In this document: positions 12,509 through 25,196 of the stretch, in pieces
Layout of the letters: each line of letters begins with the position of its first letter
Numbering within the stretch: the first letter of the stretch is position 1
Origin: Zootoca vivipara
Lineage: Eukaryota
DNA: 64,000 bases
Direction of reading: 5' to 3'
Assembly: GCF_963506605.1 (NCBI RefSeq)
Contig: NC_083288.1
Coordinates: 19,840,001 to 19,904,000, forward strand
The notes under the pieces: generated by a model
Told to the model about the DNA's origin: nothing
The model's input: only the letters and a program-made list of their open reading frames with translations
Databases searched by the model: none
Translations under genes and position numbers: made by a program

Positions 12509-12558
12509 TTCTAGATCTGGCTTGAATACACAGCTTCTCTCATATTGGAAAGGACATA

Positions 12559-13189
12559 CCGTGTTTCTCCTAAAAATAAGACGTACCTATAAAATAAGCC
12601 ATGGCAGGATTTTCATGTGTTGACTAAATGTAAGACATACCCCCAAAATAAGCCGTAGTGGTGGGAGCAGGTCTGGATGGCACCATGGAAGAGGACGGTG
12701 CCTGTCGGCGCCGGATGCTGCTGCCCTGCCAAAACGGCCAGCAGCGTGCGCCACGTGGAGCCCCGACCCGGTGGGACCTGGCAAGAGCCGCGGCGGGCGC
12801 CGCTCCAAGCCCCATCACGGCGGGACCGCCAAGAGCTGCAGCACGCGCCGCTCCGAGCCCCGGTTGATGCAAGCTTTAATTGCATGCAATTGCTTTCACC
12901 CCCAGGGTGCTTGATGCAAAAGTACAATATTTATGCATGGTTGATGCAAGCTTTAATTGGATGCAATTGCTTTCACTTCCAGGGTGCTTGGTGCAAAAGT
13001 ACAATATTTATGCATGGTTGTTGCAAGCTTTAATTACATGCAATTGCTTTCACCCCCAGGGTGCTTGGTGCAAAAGTACAATATTTATGCATGGTTGATT
13101 TTTTAAAAAAAGACATCCCCTGAAAATAAGCCATGGTGTGTTTTTGGAGGAAAAATATAAGACGGTGTCTTATTTTTGGAGAAACACGG
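12559..13189. mobile_element. Tc1/mariner-type non-autonomous element containing a GC-rich segment and a 77-bp tandem repeat
   Basis: TIR CCGTGTTTCTCCTAAAATAAGAC / GTCTTATTTTTGGAGAAACACGG; TA on the left flank. Confidence 0.75.
12862..13098. repeat. Minisatellite, 3 x 77 bp
   Basis: Unit starts (GGTTG) at 12862, 12939, 13016 and 13093. Confidence 0.9.
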
Positions 13190-13877
13190 CATATGTGCAA
13201 GAGGGAAAGTATTCATTGCTGCCTATTAAACCTAGCTAGAGACTCTAGACACGGGCAGTAGTCTTCCTAATACTATTTGTATCATGACTTGTACACTCAA
13301 ATATTTTTGTCCAATTTTTTTAAAAAAACAATAATCTGCTTTGGGGGTCCACACGAATTGATATAAAATGAACTGAACAAGTCTTGCTGATCAACTCACA
13401 TCAGCCCTAGTCAGCATGGCCAATGGTCAGGGATGATGGGAGCTGTTGTCCAAAAATATCTGGAGGATCACAAGTTCCCTCATACCTGTCATAAATTCAT
13501 TCTCATGTATATGAATTCTGGCATATGAACTGTCCAAATAAAAATATGGTAAATAGGTAAAAAGCCATTTGCTGGTTCCCCTTACAGAGTCCGAATTACC
13601 GAGGACTATTATAGGAATGCATGGGCAGGAAGACTAAGGATTTGTTGGCTTGTAACTTTTATTAACTTATTTGTAAGTCTGGTTTAACATACCCTTCAGA
13701 AACTATTGTTGACTGAGTTCAAATGACATATCAAACAGGTCACTCTTAGTTTTTCCTCTTTAAAGAGAGATATTAAACAGAGATTTTACCCGTTGTAACG
13801 ATGAGTAATATGAGGAGTGTAACATACTAAAGTAATCCAAGATACACTAAGGCACTTGCAACCCAAAAATTCCTTAC

Positions 13878-13916
13878 CAGAGCTGGCGAAGCCAGGAGAG
13901 CTACTGGAGTCTGCAT
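13878..13916 (-). CDS. ATP5MC1: ATP synthase subunit c1, first coding exon (exon starts at 13926)
   Basis: MQTPVALLASPAL resembles human ATP5MC1 MQTAGALFISPAL; acceptor TTTATTCAG, donor CTG|GTAAGG. Confidence 0.93.
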
Positions 13917-14412
13917 TCTGATGATCCTGAATAAAGGGGGAAAGTCACATTTTACACAAACACCCACTGAATACTCTCACAGCTAAGAGGGAAAGCCCAG
14001 TGTGTGGACAAAATGGAGTACATTTCCTTATCTGTTTCAGGTATAGCTTCTTATTAAGATTTTGCAAACTAAGTCCAGAATTAAAGGAGGAGGACAAAAT
14101 GGCCTTGAACACTCTTAAAGGAGAGTCCAGGTCACAAAGAGCAAGGAGGAACCAGATAGATTGTAACTGTGCATCAGTGACCTCCAACTATGGACAGACA
14201 CCACAGATAAGGTGACAGACATGAAACCTGTCACAGGAAGATGACAATCTTAGCTTTGTTTGTCCAACACAACATTGCGTCTTACAGCAATTAGGCACTC
14301 AAAAATGGCATTTGACTTTGTAATTGATTGAAAGAAGGGTGTTTAAGAGAAACTGCATACCTCTGTTAGCTAGGAGCCACGAAAAAGCACAATTAGGTAA
14401 CAGGACTTGCAG

Positions 14413-14467
14413 AAAAGGTAAAGGGACCCCTGACCATTAGGTCCAGTTGTGACCGACCCTGGGGTTG
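14413..14467 (-). mobile_element. Sauria SINE 3' tail only (5'-truncated)
   Basis: AAAGGTAAAGGGACCCCTGACCATTAGGTCCAG...GGGGTTG matches the tail of full-length copies. Confidence 0.85.
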
Positions 14468-14849
14468 TATTTCAAAGCTGCAGCTGTCCCCCTGAAAACA
14501 ACCCCATCCCAAATCTACCAGCTTCGCAAATCCTTTCCCATTTTGTGGGTGGCATCCCAATGACAGCCTCCAACATCTACACCTTCCTTAACTGCCCACA
14601 CTGAAGAAGACATTGGCCGGTTCTCTTCACGCTAGTTGCCCTCTGCACACCTGCTGTCTACTCTTCTTAACCCGCACAAAAACACCCCCGTTCAGCTCAA
14701 CAAGATTTCCTTATGCCTTCGCCCTGCCTTCCAAAAAAGCATTCCCAAGCAGACAAAACCGGCAACTAACAGGCCGGTTGCACTAGAAGCCATCTCGCCC
14801 TGGAGTTTCTAGCCCACAGTAGGGACTTGGTCCACCATCTAGTCTAACA

Positions 14850-16100
14850 TGTCCGTCAGCAAGCAGGCCAATGAGCTGGAGGGGGGCAAGCTCAACGAGA
14901 CTCTTCCATTCCATCCTCAGGGTCGTGGCTTCGAGCCCCACGTTGCGCGAACGATTCCTGCATTATTACAAGGGGTCGGACTAGATGGCCCTCGCGGTCC
15001 CTTTTCAATTCTACAATTCTGTGACTGCAACAACCTACCGGTCGGTCAGCCGTCAAAAGGCGCCCCTAAGAAGCCGCGAGTGATTCACTCGCAACAAGGA
15101 TTCCGACGGGACGCCTTTTAACTGCTGTTCCCAATTCAAACGGGCCTTCGAGATTAAGGGAGCCGCGAACGGCGTGTTCGTGGGAACAAACCCGAACACC
15201 GGGGCCTCCCTGCTCCACTTGCTCCCCGTGCAGCCGCCTCGCCCTCACGGGAGGCCCCAGGACCAGGAGGGCACCCTCCCCGCTTCCCTGCACAGACTCA
15301 CCTTCGGGGACGAAGAAGGGCTGCACTGAACCTCAAAGTCGCGGCTCTCCTGACTGGACCCAGCCAAGCCCCTCCCGCCCTCGCTCACCTTGCCAATGTA
15401 CCACAGCGTCCTCCGCTCCTATTGGCCGCCGCGACGCAAGGAACGCTGCCCGGCGGGGCCCCGGTGGCTCACGGGAGACGGAGCCTCACCGCCGCCCGCT
15501 ATTGGCTCCCGGACCCTCACGCTCGCGCCTCTCTGCGTGCGGATTGGGCAACTCCGAAGGATCGCGGGTCCCCCATTAGCCAGCCGCAAAACCCTCCCCT
15601 TCTCCTCCACCCCCTGCTCCCGGGAGCGTTCCACCGAGCGCGTCAGAGGAAGGAGACCAGAGAGGGTTGAGTCACGTGCTTTGTTCTTTCTTGACAGGCT
15701 GCGCGGCGGCGAAGCGCTCGAGTCACGTGATATCGGGGAGGGGCGGAGGGCGGCGCGCCTCAGTTCGTGACGTGAAAGAAACTGCTCGTGCCCGTATTGT
15801 CTGTACAGATCCAGGCACGTCACGTGTCTGCTTTGCTGGGTGTTCCGTTGCTGAGAATTGGTTGTGGGTTCCTAACGAGTGCACACTTAGGGCTGATACC
15901 CTCCAACGTGCACGCGGGCTTGATCTCTTCAGTTCTTTCTAACTTACGCTCTGGTGAATGTGGAGCGCTGACTCCACTGAAGAGAATTGCGTGTGAGTCG
16001 ATACGGACGCTTTATCGGTGGTGTTGCATCCGTGGCGGCCCATTCACACGAGGATCACTGTTTGCTGCAGACAGTTATCAAGGAGATAGTGATATATGCC
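14850..16100. promoter_or_regulatory. CpG island; probable bidirectional ATP5MC1/CALCOCO2 promoter
   Basis: CCAAT boxes (ATTGG at 15421, 15502, 15543); GC boxes near 15740-15752; GTCACGTG E-boxes at 15671, 15722 and 15819; GTGACGTGA at 15767. Confidence 0.8.
15302..15420 (-). other. ATP5MC1: Probable non-coding first exon(s) of ATP5MC1 with two candidate donors
   Basis: Consensus donors AAG|GTGAGT (exon end 15302) and AAG|GTGAGC (exon end 15389) inside the CpG island, downstream of minus-strand CCAAT boxes; TSS not determinable. Confidence 0.6.
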
Positions 16101-17954
16101 CGAGCAAGGTTGTCTAGTAAACCCCATAGTCTCCAGCGGGATTTGCTTCCCAGATAGGTTCGCAGTCTTAGACTGCAACCCCTTTTATTTTGGAATAAGC
16201 CCCATTGAATTTATTGGGAATTACTGTATTAATCTGAGTAGCCATGGCTAGGATCGGAACCTAAAGCAGTGCTTTTTTCGCAGGGGGGGTTCCTCAAGGG
16301 CACACAGTGCCAGCACCTTATTTTCTAGAAGAAAAGCACTGGTTAAAACGGTGGCACTTAACTATACAGTAACAACTTCATGGTGAGTACCGGCACCTTT
16401 TTTCTAGAAGAAAAGCACTGTGCTTAGGTAATTAAGGCAGGAAGGGGTTAGCACCATAGAGTAGGCTTCCCTGCCAGGCTTGGTTAGGTAGTTCCTCTCC
16501 CCTCACCTTGGGAGGAAGGTAATTAAGCCTATTGTTTCCCTTAAGTCTACCTGAGCTCAGCGTGTAAACAGGTTTTGAAAATGTAAATTCATTTGAAAAT
16601 ATTATTTTCTGTTTAAGCTGACTCTCCTCTTCTGCAGCTCCATCCCTACCATGGAGACACCCAACGTACTGCATATTACCCTGGTTGGCAACTAGATTTG
16701 CCATGTTACTTTAAAGAGCAGTCAAAACATGCTATCTCCAAAAGAAAAATCCGTCATCATCTTGTATATAGTTCTGAAAGTATTGTTTCAGCAGTGGTTT
16801 CTGTACAAACCTCCTGGAGCAGCAAGATGAACTCTCCACTTACCCCATCGGTTGATATACCTTGCTCCAGCAAAAGAGCAACCAGGAACTCCCTTTATGC
16901 TCCTAATCCCTTTGTAGCTACTTAGGTACCTTCCCCATACCTCACCTATGACATCAGGTGTAGGGCAGGTGGACTTGGTTTGCTAGGAATGCCTTATCAG
17001 GCCTACTTTATTTGGCATAGATTTAAATTCCCATAGTTGTCTTATTGATTGATATGTTGGTCCACTCACCTACCAGCAGGAGGAGGCATTAACCTATCTT
17101 CTTTGGAAACAGTTAATGTTAACTCCTTTCTTGAGAATGGCTGCCCAAGGTAGATCTATAGTTTAGAAGTTGTTTCCACAGGTGACACGGGGGGCTACAA
17201 TCCTGAATTCTGCATGTCTTACTTTAAAGTGGATGTCTGTAAGACTGTGCTGCAATCATAAGCATAATTATGAGAAAGTAAGTCCCATTTAACTATAGGC
17301 TTGTAATTACTAGACTGAGACACAGGTCTGGTTTCCACTTCCAATAGAATGTTTCAGGGGTGGCTCAGGATGTTTTGCCACCTGAGACAAAACAGAGCAT
17401 GGTACACCTGCCACCTTCGCTCTCCACTGCAGTTGTCTGAGGCGACTGGTGGCAGCCCATGAAAGCCCTAGTATGCTGAAGACAGTGGGGGAGAAAAAAG
17501 GAGGCCAGAGTGGAGAAGGCAGGCAACAAATGCAGGAGGTGAGAAGCTCCTCGGGGCAGGGCTTTGCCACCCTTCCCAGCTGTCCCCACCTGAGACAACT
17601 GCCTCGGTACGCCTCATGGGTGGGCCAGCTCTGGAACATTTCTTTTTTCTTCTCCAGGACAGAAATAAGAACTGCCTTTAGGAATAAATACAGAAAATGT
17701 GGGTTTTGTTTTGTTTTTTAAAAAAGTTGGACATTTTAAGCTGCAATGTGACTGCACACAAGGTCATGAAACACAAGGTTGGTTTCTTTGTGCAACTGAA
17801 AGCTGAATTTTGGCAGGGTGCAAGCCTGGGAGTGCAATATAAGGAGACTGACCTTTGCTGCAGCTTGACTGGTATTCTGTATGGGTGATTTTTGACTTGT
17901 AGTACTTTGATCTGTAGTGTTAAAGCTGGACTGTTTTGCAGAGTTGTTGTACCT

Positions 17955-18182
17955 TGTGGTACCTTGGTTTGCATACGTTTTGGATTATAAACATGTCAAA
18001 CCCGGAAGTGTGTGTCCCGGTTTGCAACCTTTTTTGGATTACAACCCTTTGGGGGGGGGGGGTTATGAACAAAAAATTTTTTGGGAGGCCCCATTAGTGA
18101 AATCACGCCTTGGGTTACAACCTGCTTTGGTTTACAAACGGACCTCCGGAACGGATTATGGTTGTAAACCAAGGTACCACTG
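17955..18182. mobile_element. Tigger-like MITE
   Basis: GTGGTACCTTGGTTT...AAACCAAGGTACCACTG-TA. Confidence 0.75.
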
Positions 18183-19612
18183 TATTCTGCCTCATCCTGA
18201 CACCCCGCCCCCAACCTGCAATAAGGATATAACAAGGCTGACAGTGCCGCCGGGTTGTTGTAAATCACTTAGCTTCAGTACCAACCTGTGTTATTAACAT
18301 AGCTCTACATTGCCACTGTGTTAACAGCCTCTACTCCCACAACCTGCTACTACTGTATATGGTGGGAAATGGACTGAATTGGCTGTGAAATTTGCACAGG
18401 CATGGCTACTATTTAAAACTTAGGGCTTTAAAAAATAATGTAGGTTGTAAACCTGTACACATTTACCTGGGAGTAAGTTCCACTTCCATTTACTGCTGAA
18501 TTCAGTTGCATTTACTTCTCAGTAGATATTCATAGGATTTTGCTGTTCATATTTCACACCAAACCATTCCCAAGTGAGGAAAAGCAGCAGCTCCTCTCTT
18601 TCCTGTACCTTTCTTTTCTTGGGAGATCACACTGCTATGTAATCACAGCTATATTAAAATCTTAGATTTCTTCAATGATTTCTATGGCCTGCCCTCACTT
18701 TCACCGAGGGGTGGGGTTGGGGGAAGATATAAAAATGCATTTGCCAATGGAACCCCATAAATTGACTATAGAGACAATGAGTTAATGCCTTTTTCCATTT
18801 ATGTTTTTTAATCTGTGTATTAAACTCAGTGGAACTTACTTTTGAATAAATGTAATTAAGACTGGCCTATAAAAACCTCATTAGAATTCTTCACATTTAT
18901 AAAGCCAATGAAAAGCTGTATGCCGTTGGGCATTTTCACCAGAACCCGTTCATATGTACTTGGGAAGGAAATCCCACTTAATTAAATTAGATTTATTTTT
19001 AATTAAATGTCTATTCAGCTTCATAAATGTCTTAAGGAGAGTAATCTTGTGCACCTTTATTCAGAAGTAAATCGCACTGCGTTCCAGATAAATGTGCTAT
19101 CTAGTTGCAGGCTTGGTCATAGTTCATTGGTAGAGCATCCGACATCTCTGGGTAAGGCAAGGAGAGGCTCCCTTTCTGAAACCTTGGAGAGCTGCTGCCA
19201 GCCAGTGTCAACAGTACTGAACTAGATGGAGCACTGGGTGTAAGGCACTTTCCCACAACTGTTCGCTCAGTGTCATTTGGGAAGCACCTTACATTTGTGA
19301 AGGTGGGCACCTAGTTTTAAACTGGTTCCTTCTCCTTTCTGCCCCACACTACCAATATTCATCCGTGACACTCTCAGGACTATCCAGGTATAAGCTGAAT
19401 TGCCTTTTGCACCAATTGAATACTAAAGCACGGTTCGCAAAGGGCTTCAGGCGTTGAAGAGCTCTCTCCGCTGCTTCACAGAACTACACTTCCCAGCATT
19501 ACTTGCAAAGGGTGGTGCTTTCAGCTGTAAGTTTCCAGGCTAGGGGCTGTCCGATGACTGAGAGTATCAAGTTTCTCCCCTTTGCTAATCAGCGTCACCT
19601 TCTCCGTTTTAG

Positions 19613-19693
19613 TGGGAAGTAGCAACTGATCTGTCCTGTAGATTCTCGCATCGCTAGGAAGGGGGCTGTTTGGCTTCTTCTCCACTTGGAAGG
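19613..19693 (+). other. Candidate 5'UTR exon of CALCOCO2
   Basis: Branch GCTAAT, pyrimidine tract CCTTCTCCGTTTTAG, donor AGG|GTGAGT; 81 nt with no ATG; lies between the CpG island and the first coding exon. Confidence 0.45.
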
Positions 19694-19954
19694 GTGAGTA
19701 GGCAGTTAAGAGTTACCCCGACTCTTAGCAACAACTCAGTGGCGCCCTTTGCCGACTGTGACCAGGAAAGGGTTAGTTTGATTTATTTTATAAAGTGTGT
19801 CGCACATTGAGGAAGAGTGGTGGTGCTAAGTGCAGGAAGGAGGTCAGGCGGTGATGGCAGCCGGTTGCGATCTTATGTCATGCTCCTGCCTTGTGCTTTG
19901 CTTTGCCAGTACACAGAGGAAGCAGTCTTTCACTTGATCAGGCTGCTTCTAGAT

Positions 19955-20152
19955 GAGAGCTTTCCAAACTTTTCATGTCAGTGACATGCTTTTTAGACAG
20001 GCATCATTTTGCAATACACTAATTCAGTTTTACTAGCAAGCTGGAAGTTAAACTAAGCCCTTTCCAGTCCCGGGAGAAGCGTGGGGAGCGTTTGCGCAAC
20101 ACACTGCAGCCGACACACTAACGTGTCGCGACACACAGTTTGGAAAGCTCTG
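19955..20152. mobile_element. hAT Charlie-type MITE
   Basis: AGAGCTTTCCAAACT...AGTTTGGAAAGCTCTG; TSD TTCTAGAT. Confidence 0.85.
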
Positions 20153-21260
20153 TTCTAGATGTTGTGGACTGCAACCCTCACCAGCCCTGACAGTGGCTGA
20201 TGGGAGCTTCAGCCTACAAAAACATGTCACTATTCTGAGTGACACTGAACAGATCCACACTGTAGAAGCATGTGTTGTACCTCTACTTCCCATTCTAATT
20301 ATTTAGGATAAAAGAAGTTGTGGGTTGGGGTAACAAGATTGTTTGTTTGTATTAAAGTGAGGTTGTGTTGGAAAACGTTAGCTGCAAAATCATTATGATG
20401 GGTGGTGAAAAGGGGCTTGTAAGTATCTTAGCCGTGTTAGAAATCCTCTTTCCTTGAGGTCTAGGCTGCCCAGCATGACGTTCTTTTCCCCATAAGAGTG
20501 AATTTCACACTGTTCAGTTCTGTGAGAAGAAATAAGGGCATGCACTAAATTGTCAGTGAGTGGTATCCAGCCTCCAAAGCAAGGGGTAGCAATGTGGTAC
20601 CCTATAACTCCAATCATTTCTGGCCATTGGCCATGCTGGCTGGGGCCGGTGGTGTTCCCTGACATCTGAAAGGCACCACGCTGCCAATCCCTGCTGTAAG
20701 GCATTAAATACATTATTACAGTCACAACATGGTTTAGGCGTTTGGAATGGAATATTCGTGTTGGTTCTGTCGCGTTACAGAACAGCTTGTGACATGTTTA
20801 AACAGTGTGTTGATAACCTTTGTGTAACTTGCATGCCGAGCTTCAAGTTGCAAACTTAAAAGGAAATGCTTTCTGGGGAAAGAAGTTTGTTCGCCCCCCC
20901 CCCCTTATTAAAAAAAAAATAGGCATCTAGCACAGGAAATACGTAACGTCCGCCAACAGAAGCATTGGGGTGGTGTGTTACTGCAGCAGTACATTTGTTG
21001 TGCTGGAGCTGGTAATCTGGAAGCAACTTGAAAAGAAACAGAAACAAGAATGTGTAAGAGGCAGTGTGGCGTCGTGAATAAGCATATGAGTTGGAAAGTC
21101 CAGGGTCAAACATCTTTTCCGTTGTAAACTCTAGATGGCCTTGCAAGCTGCCATGTATCAGCATCAACCCTCAGTCTTGCCTGTCTTGCAGTACTGTTGT
21201 TTTACTGCAAGAAAATATATGAAGCATTATGAGGAGGGCTGTGAATTCAGAAGCAGCACA

Positions 21261-21265
<5 letters not shown>

Positions 21266-21311
<46 letters not shown>
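21266..21311. repeat. (GT)n microsatellite
   Basis: Direct reading. Confidence 0.95.
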
Positions 21312-21312
<1 letters not shown>

Positions 21313-21749
21313 CGTTCATGTTCTTTCCTTGTTAGTCAGTTGTTAGTCAGCACAGGACACACAGACCTGGGCTTAATCCCACATATCAAATCTCAGAACA
21401 CACAGGACCAACGGCCAGTATAGTAACTCGTGATTACATAAAACATTTTTCATATTTAGCAAAGCAAGTCTCTGCCCTCCACATTCTTTCCACCTACAAT
21501 TTAACAATTATGAAGCTACGGCACTTTCATTGATCATTCATATACTGCCTAAGTTACTTCCTATAATGTAGTGCTTAAGTTCACTGGGTAAAATCTAACC
21601 TCTTCCATGAGTTCGCTAAGTGGTATTAGGCAAGCCACTCTCTTGTAGCTTTTATTCTACCCTGCGCACCTGCAATATGTATATGACAGAACTAACCTTT
21701 TTTGTAAGGGTGGCTGGGATTGTTTGAAGTACTTTTGAATACCGTAGAG

Positions 21750-21885
21750 CAGGCATGTCAAACATGCGGCCCTCCAGATGTTTTGGCCTACAACTCCCAT
21801 GATCCCTAGCTAGCAGGACCAGTGGTTGGGGAAGATGGGAATTGTAGTCCAAAACATCTGGAGGGCTGCATGTTTGACATGCCTG
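21750..21885. mobile_element. hAT Charlie-type palindromic MITE
   Basis: CAGGCATG...CATGCCTG; TSD CCGTAGAG. Confidence 0.88.
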
Positions 21886-23151
21886 CCGTAGAGCATGATA
21901 ATAAAGGCTTGATACTAATGTAGCTAAATAAGACCACTGTAGATGCTTGCAAGTTAGCAGTGATGCTATTAAGCACTACAGTACTAGCAAACATATTTTC
22001 AGCTTGCACTGTTGTGGATTTCTCCTTCCCACCCCCCAACTACTTGCATCCTCTGGATTCTTTCTAGACTGAAGCCACTGCCTCTCTCATAGCCTTTATT
22101 CCCTTTCTAGACCTCTTTGTTTACTTTCCCCCCTTTCATGTTCCTTTATCCTTGGCCTGTGCTCGCAATGACGTCCTGTTGACCAAAACAATCGGCGTGC
22201 TTTATTTCAGCAGGTCACGCAGGCAAAGCGTGGGGAAGCCCACTTGGCAGCTTGGGAAAAGAGAGCATTTGGGCTGTTTGCTGGCTGACCTAAGAACTTG
22301 TTTCTGTTTCCCCATCTATAGACTAACATCCAAATAAATCCCCAAACACCATTCAAAATGAGATTTCTAAGAATACTCGAGCAATGAAATCAGCTACTGA
22401 AAGCGAAGCTGTTGGAAGCTTAAATGCTTGTCAAGGTTGCTTTAGATATAGGTGGAGCCAACCTTATATTTGGCAATTCACCTGCTAGCCATAAATGGAA
22501 TCCAACAGCCTATGTTTCCATGCTGGCCATGGAAGATGGTGGCTTTCCTTCCTCTGAAGCCAACATGGAGATGCAGTTTACTGGAAGACTAGTAATAAAA
22601 ACAGCCTTGTAGGCTAATAATTTTTGTGGGCATATTTACAAGGCTGAGTCCTCTGATTGCTGGTTCTAGCAAGGATTCTGCAGGACTCCCTGGGGCAGAT
22701 TGCTCTATCTTCCACTCTGCTGCCTTTGATGATCTCCAAAATCTGCTGCACCATGGGGCTACATGAGAAGTCATCTTCATAGGGCTGCTGGTGCCCGCAG
22801 GAGCCTGTGACTGTTAGTAGGGGATTTTCTTCTGGTTGTGCAGGAAAATGCAAAACATGACAACTAGAGGCCAAGTTGAATTGAGATGGGGACTTTCCAC
22901 ACATCCCAAATTGGTGGAACAGCCTGTCCTCCAGGCACGTCCCTTGCTGGCTCAGGTTATTCAGATGTCTGAATTTTTGGTTTTGCAAAGCAGTTGATTG
23001 ATTGGAATTCCTTGTGTGGCCTCTTGATGTGCCAGCACAGCAATATGCAACTGATGCTTTGGCTTCTCTATGCTAGTTCTGGATTGACCCCCCCTAGCTG
23101 TCTGGATATATGTAAGCTACGTTACTTCACAATCCATGCTTTATTCTACAG

Positions 23152-23287
23152 CAGGCACCTCCAAACTCGGCCCTCCAGGTGTTTTGGGACTACAATTCCC
23201 ATCATCCCTGACCACTGGTCCTGCTAGCTAGGGATGATGGGAGTTGTAGTCCCAAAACATCTGGAGGGCTGAGTTTGGGGATGCCTG
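23152..23287. mobile_element. hAT Charlie-type palindromic MITE
   Basis: CAGGCA...TGCCTG; TSD TTCTACAG. Confidence 0.88.
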
Positions 23288-24497
23288 TTCTACAGCAAGA
23301 TCGCTAAGGTCTTTCAGTGGATCTGCTCCTGTGCCTTTAAGAGGAGCCCCAACAAATAGTGTAGCTTGTGTGACCTAGAGGGTAAAGTGTTGGTTTAGGA
23401 CCAGGGAGACCTAGTTTCAAATTCCCACTCTCAGGCATGCAGCTCATTCAGTGATCAGTCAGTCAGCATCTCTCTGCCTTACTGAACACCCAATAGCTCT
23501 ATAAATATTGAAGCACAGCTGTTCAGAAACTGGGCCAGTGAAGCTTTTCCTGGCATGGATGGGAAAAAGCTTCACTGGCTTCATTTCCGTGCCCGCCATT
23601 CTGCTGTTATGGCACACTTGGAGCATTAAACAAGTACGCAGCTGTCTTCTGCCAAGCTCTGCCACTTGACTTGGACTCGGCATTTGACGGCCTTATGGCA
23701 CAGGTAGGTGGCAGGTGTGTCTCTTACACCCTACAGCAAAGACAATTGCTGGAACTCGTGTAGGGTGTGGCTCCTCAGTGACACATGGAAAGTGAAAGCT
23801 GCAGGCTATTGTGGTTCTGCTCTAGGCAGGCTATGCTATTAAATGCTTTCTCAATTCCAGGAAACAGCAGAGCTGACCGTTGGCCCTGTTTATCTCAAAG
23901 TTTGCCTATTCAGAAGAGGATGGAAATGAGCAGCACATAAAGAAGGGCTGGCTTTGCTTTGTACTGAGTAATGTTACGCATCTGAATCTCTCTTGCAGAG
24001 AGCTCTCAAGTCCTGGCATAGTAGAAGGAAGAGATCTAGAGACTGTTCAGCAAGAGACAGGTGTGGGCAGGATGGGTGCTGTATCTCGTCTCCTTTTTCT
24101 ATTTTGTTCTGCTTCTCTTTTTATTATCTATTTACTACGTGGAGCTCAGGGTAATGTATATGCCACTCCTCCGCATTTTTATCCTCTCAACAACCCTGTG
24201 AAGTAGGCAAGGCTGAGAAGCAGCAACTCAACCTAGCGAGTTTTTTAGTTGAGCAGGATTTGAACCTGTGTCTCCCAGGTCCTAGCCTGACACTCTATAC
24301 TTGTTAGACCATGCTGGCTCCCCTGGCTAAGCCAACAAATGCTTACTGGAGCACAGGAGCAATGCACAGGAAACAACAACAACCTTGATGAGGAAATGAC
24401 TTATTTGGCAACACATGTCTTCCAGGACTATATTTTTTTGGGGGGAAATGAACATATTCCTATGCCCCACAAATAACCCAGAGATGCATTTTAAATA

Positions 24498-24740
24498 CAG
24501 TAGTACCTCTGGTTACGAACTTAATTCGTTCCAGAGGTCCATTCTTAACCTGAAACCATTTCTTAACCTGAGGCACCACTTTAGCTAATGGGGCCTCCCG
24601 CTGCCGCCATGCCGCCACTGCACGATTTCTGTCCTCATCCTGAGGTACAGTTCTTAACCCGAGGTGCTACTTCCAGGTTAGCGGAGTGTGTAACCCGAAG
24701 TGTTTGCAACCTGAGGTGTTTGTAACCCGAGGTACCACTG
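24498..24740. mobile_element. Tigger-like MITE, apparently nested in an older repeat
   Basis: TA-CAGTAGTACCTC...GAGGTACCACTG-TA. Confidence 0.82.
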
Positions 24741-25060
24741 TAAAAGGACACATTCTACTCATGTAAAAACACACTGATTCCCGGACCGTCCATGGGCCGG
24801 ATTTAGAAGGTGATAGGGCTGGATACGGCCCCCGGCCCTTAGTTTGCCTACTAGGGTGATGGCATTTTTACAATCATAATTTGATGGGCTTTCATTAAAG
24901 ATTAGATAAAATCTTACTTTCAAAGAGATTTGATTAAAAAACCTCACGCACAAAATGATTTTAAATTTTTTTATCAGTTTTTTGACCATTTTTGAAGTCA
25001 CTGTAAGCAGATATAAAATTGAACCCAACTTTAGAGTCACATATATACAACATTATATAG

Positions 25061-25196
25061 CAGGCATCCCCAAACTGCGGCCCTCCAGATGTTTTAGCCT
25101 ACAACTCCCATGATCCCTAGCTAACAGGACCAGTGGCCAGGGAAGATGGGGATTGTAGTCCAAAACATCTGGAGGGCCGAAGTTTGGGGATGCCTG
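25061..25196. mobile_element. hAT Charlie-type palindromic MITE
   Basis: CAGGCATCCCCAAACT...AGTTTGGGGATGCCTG; TSD TTATATAG. Confidence 0.9.
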
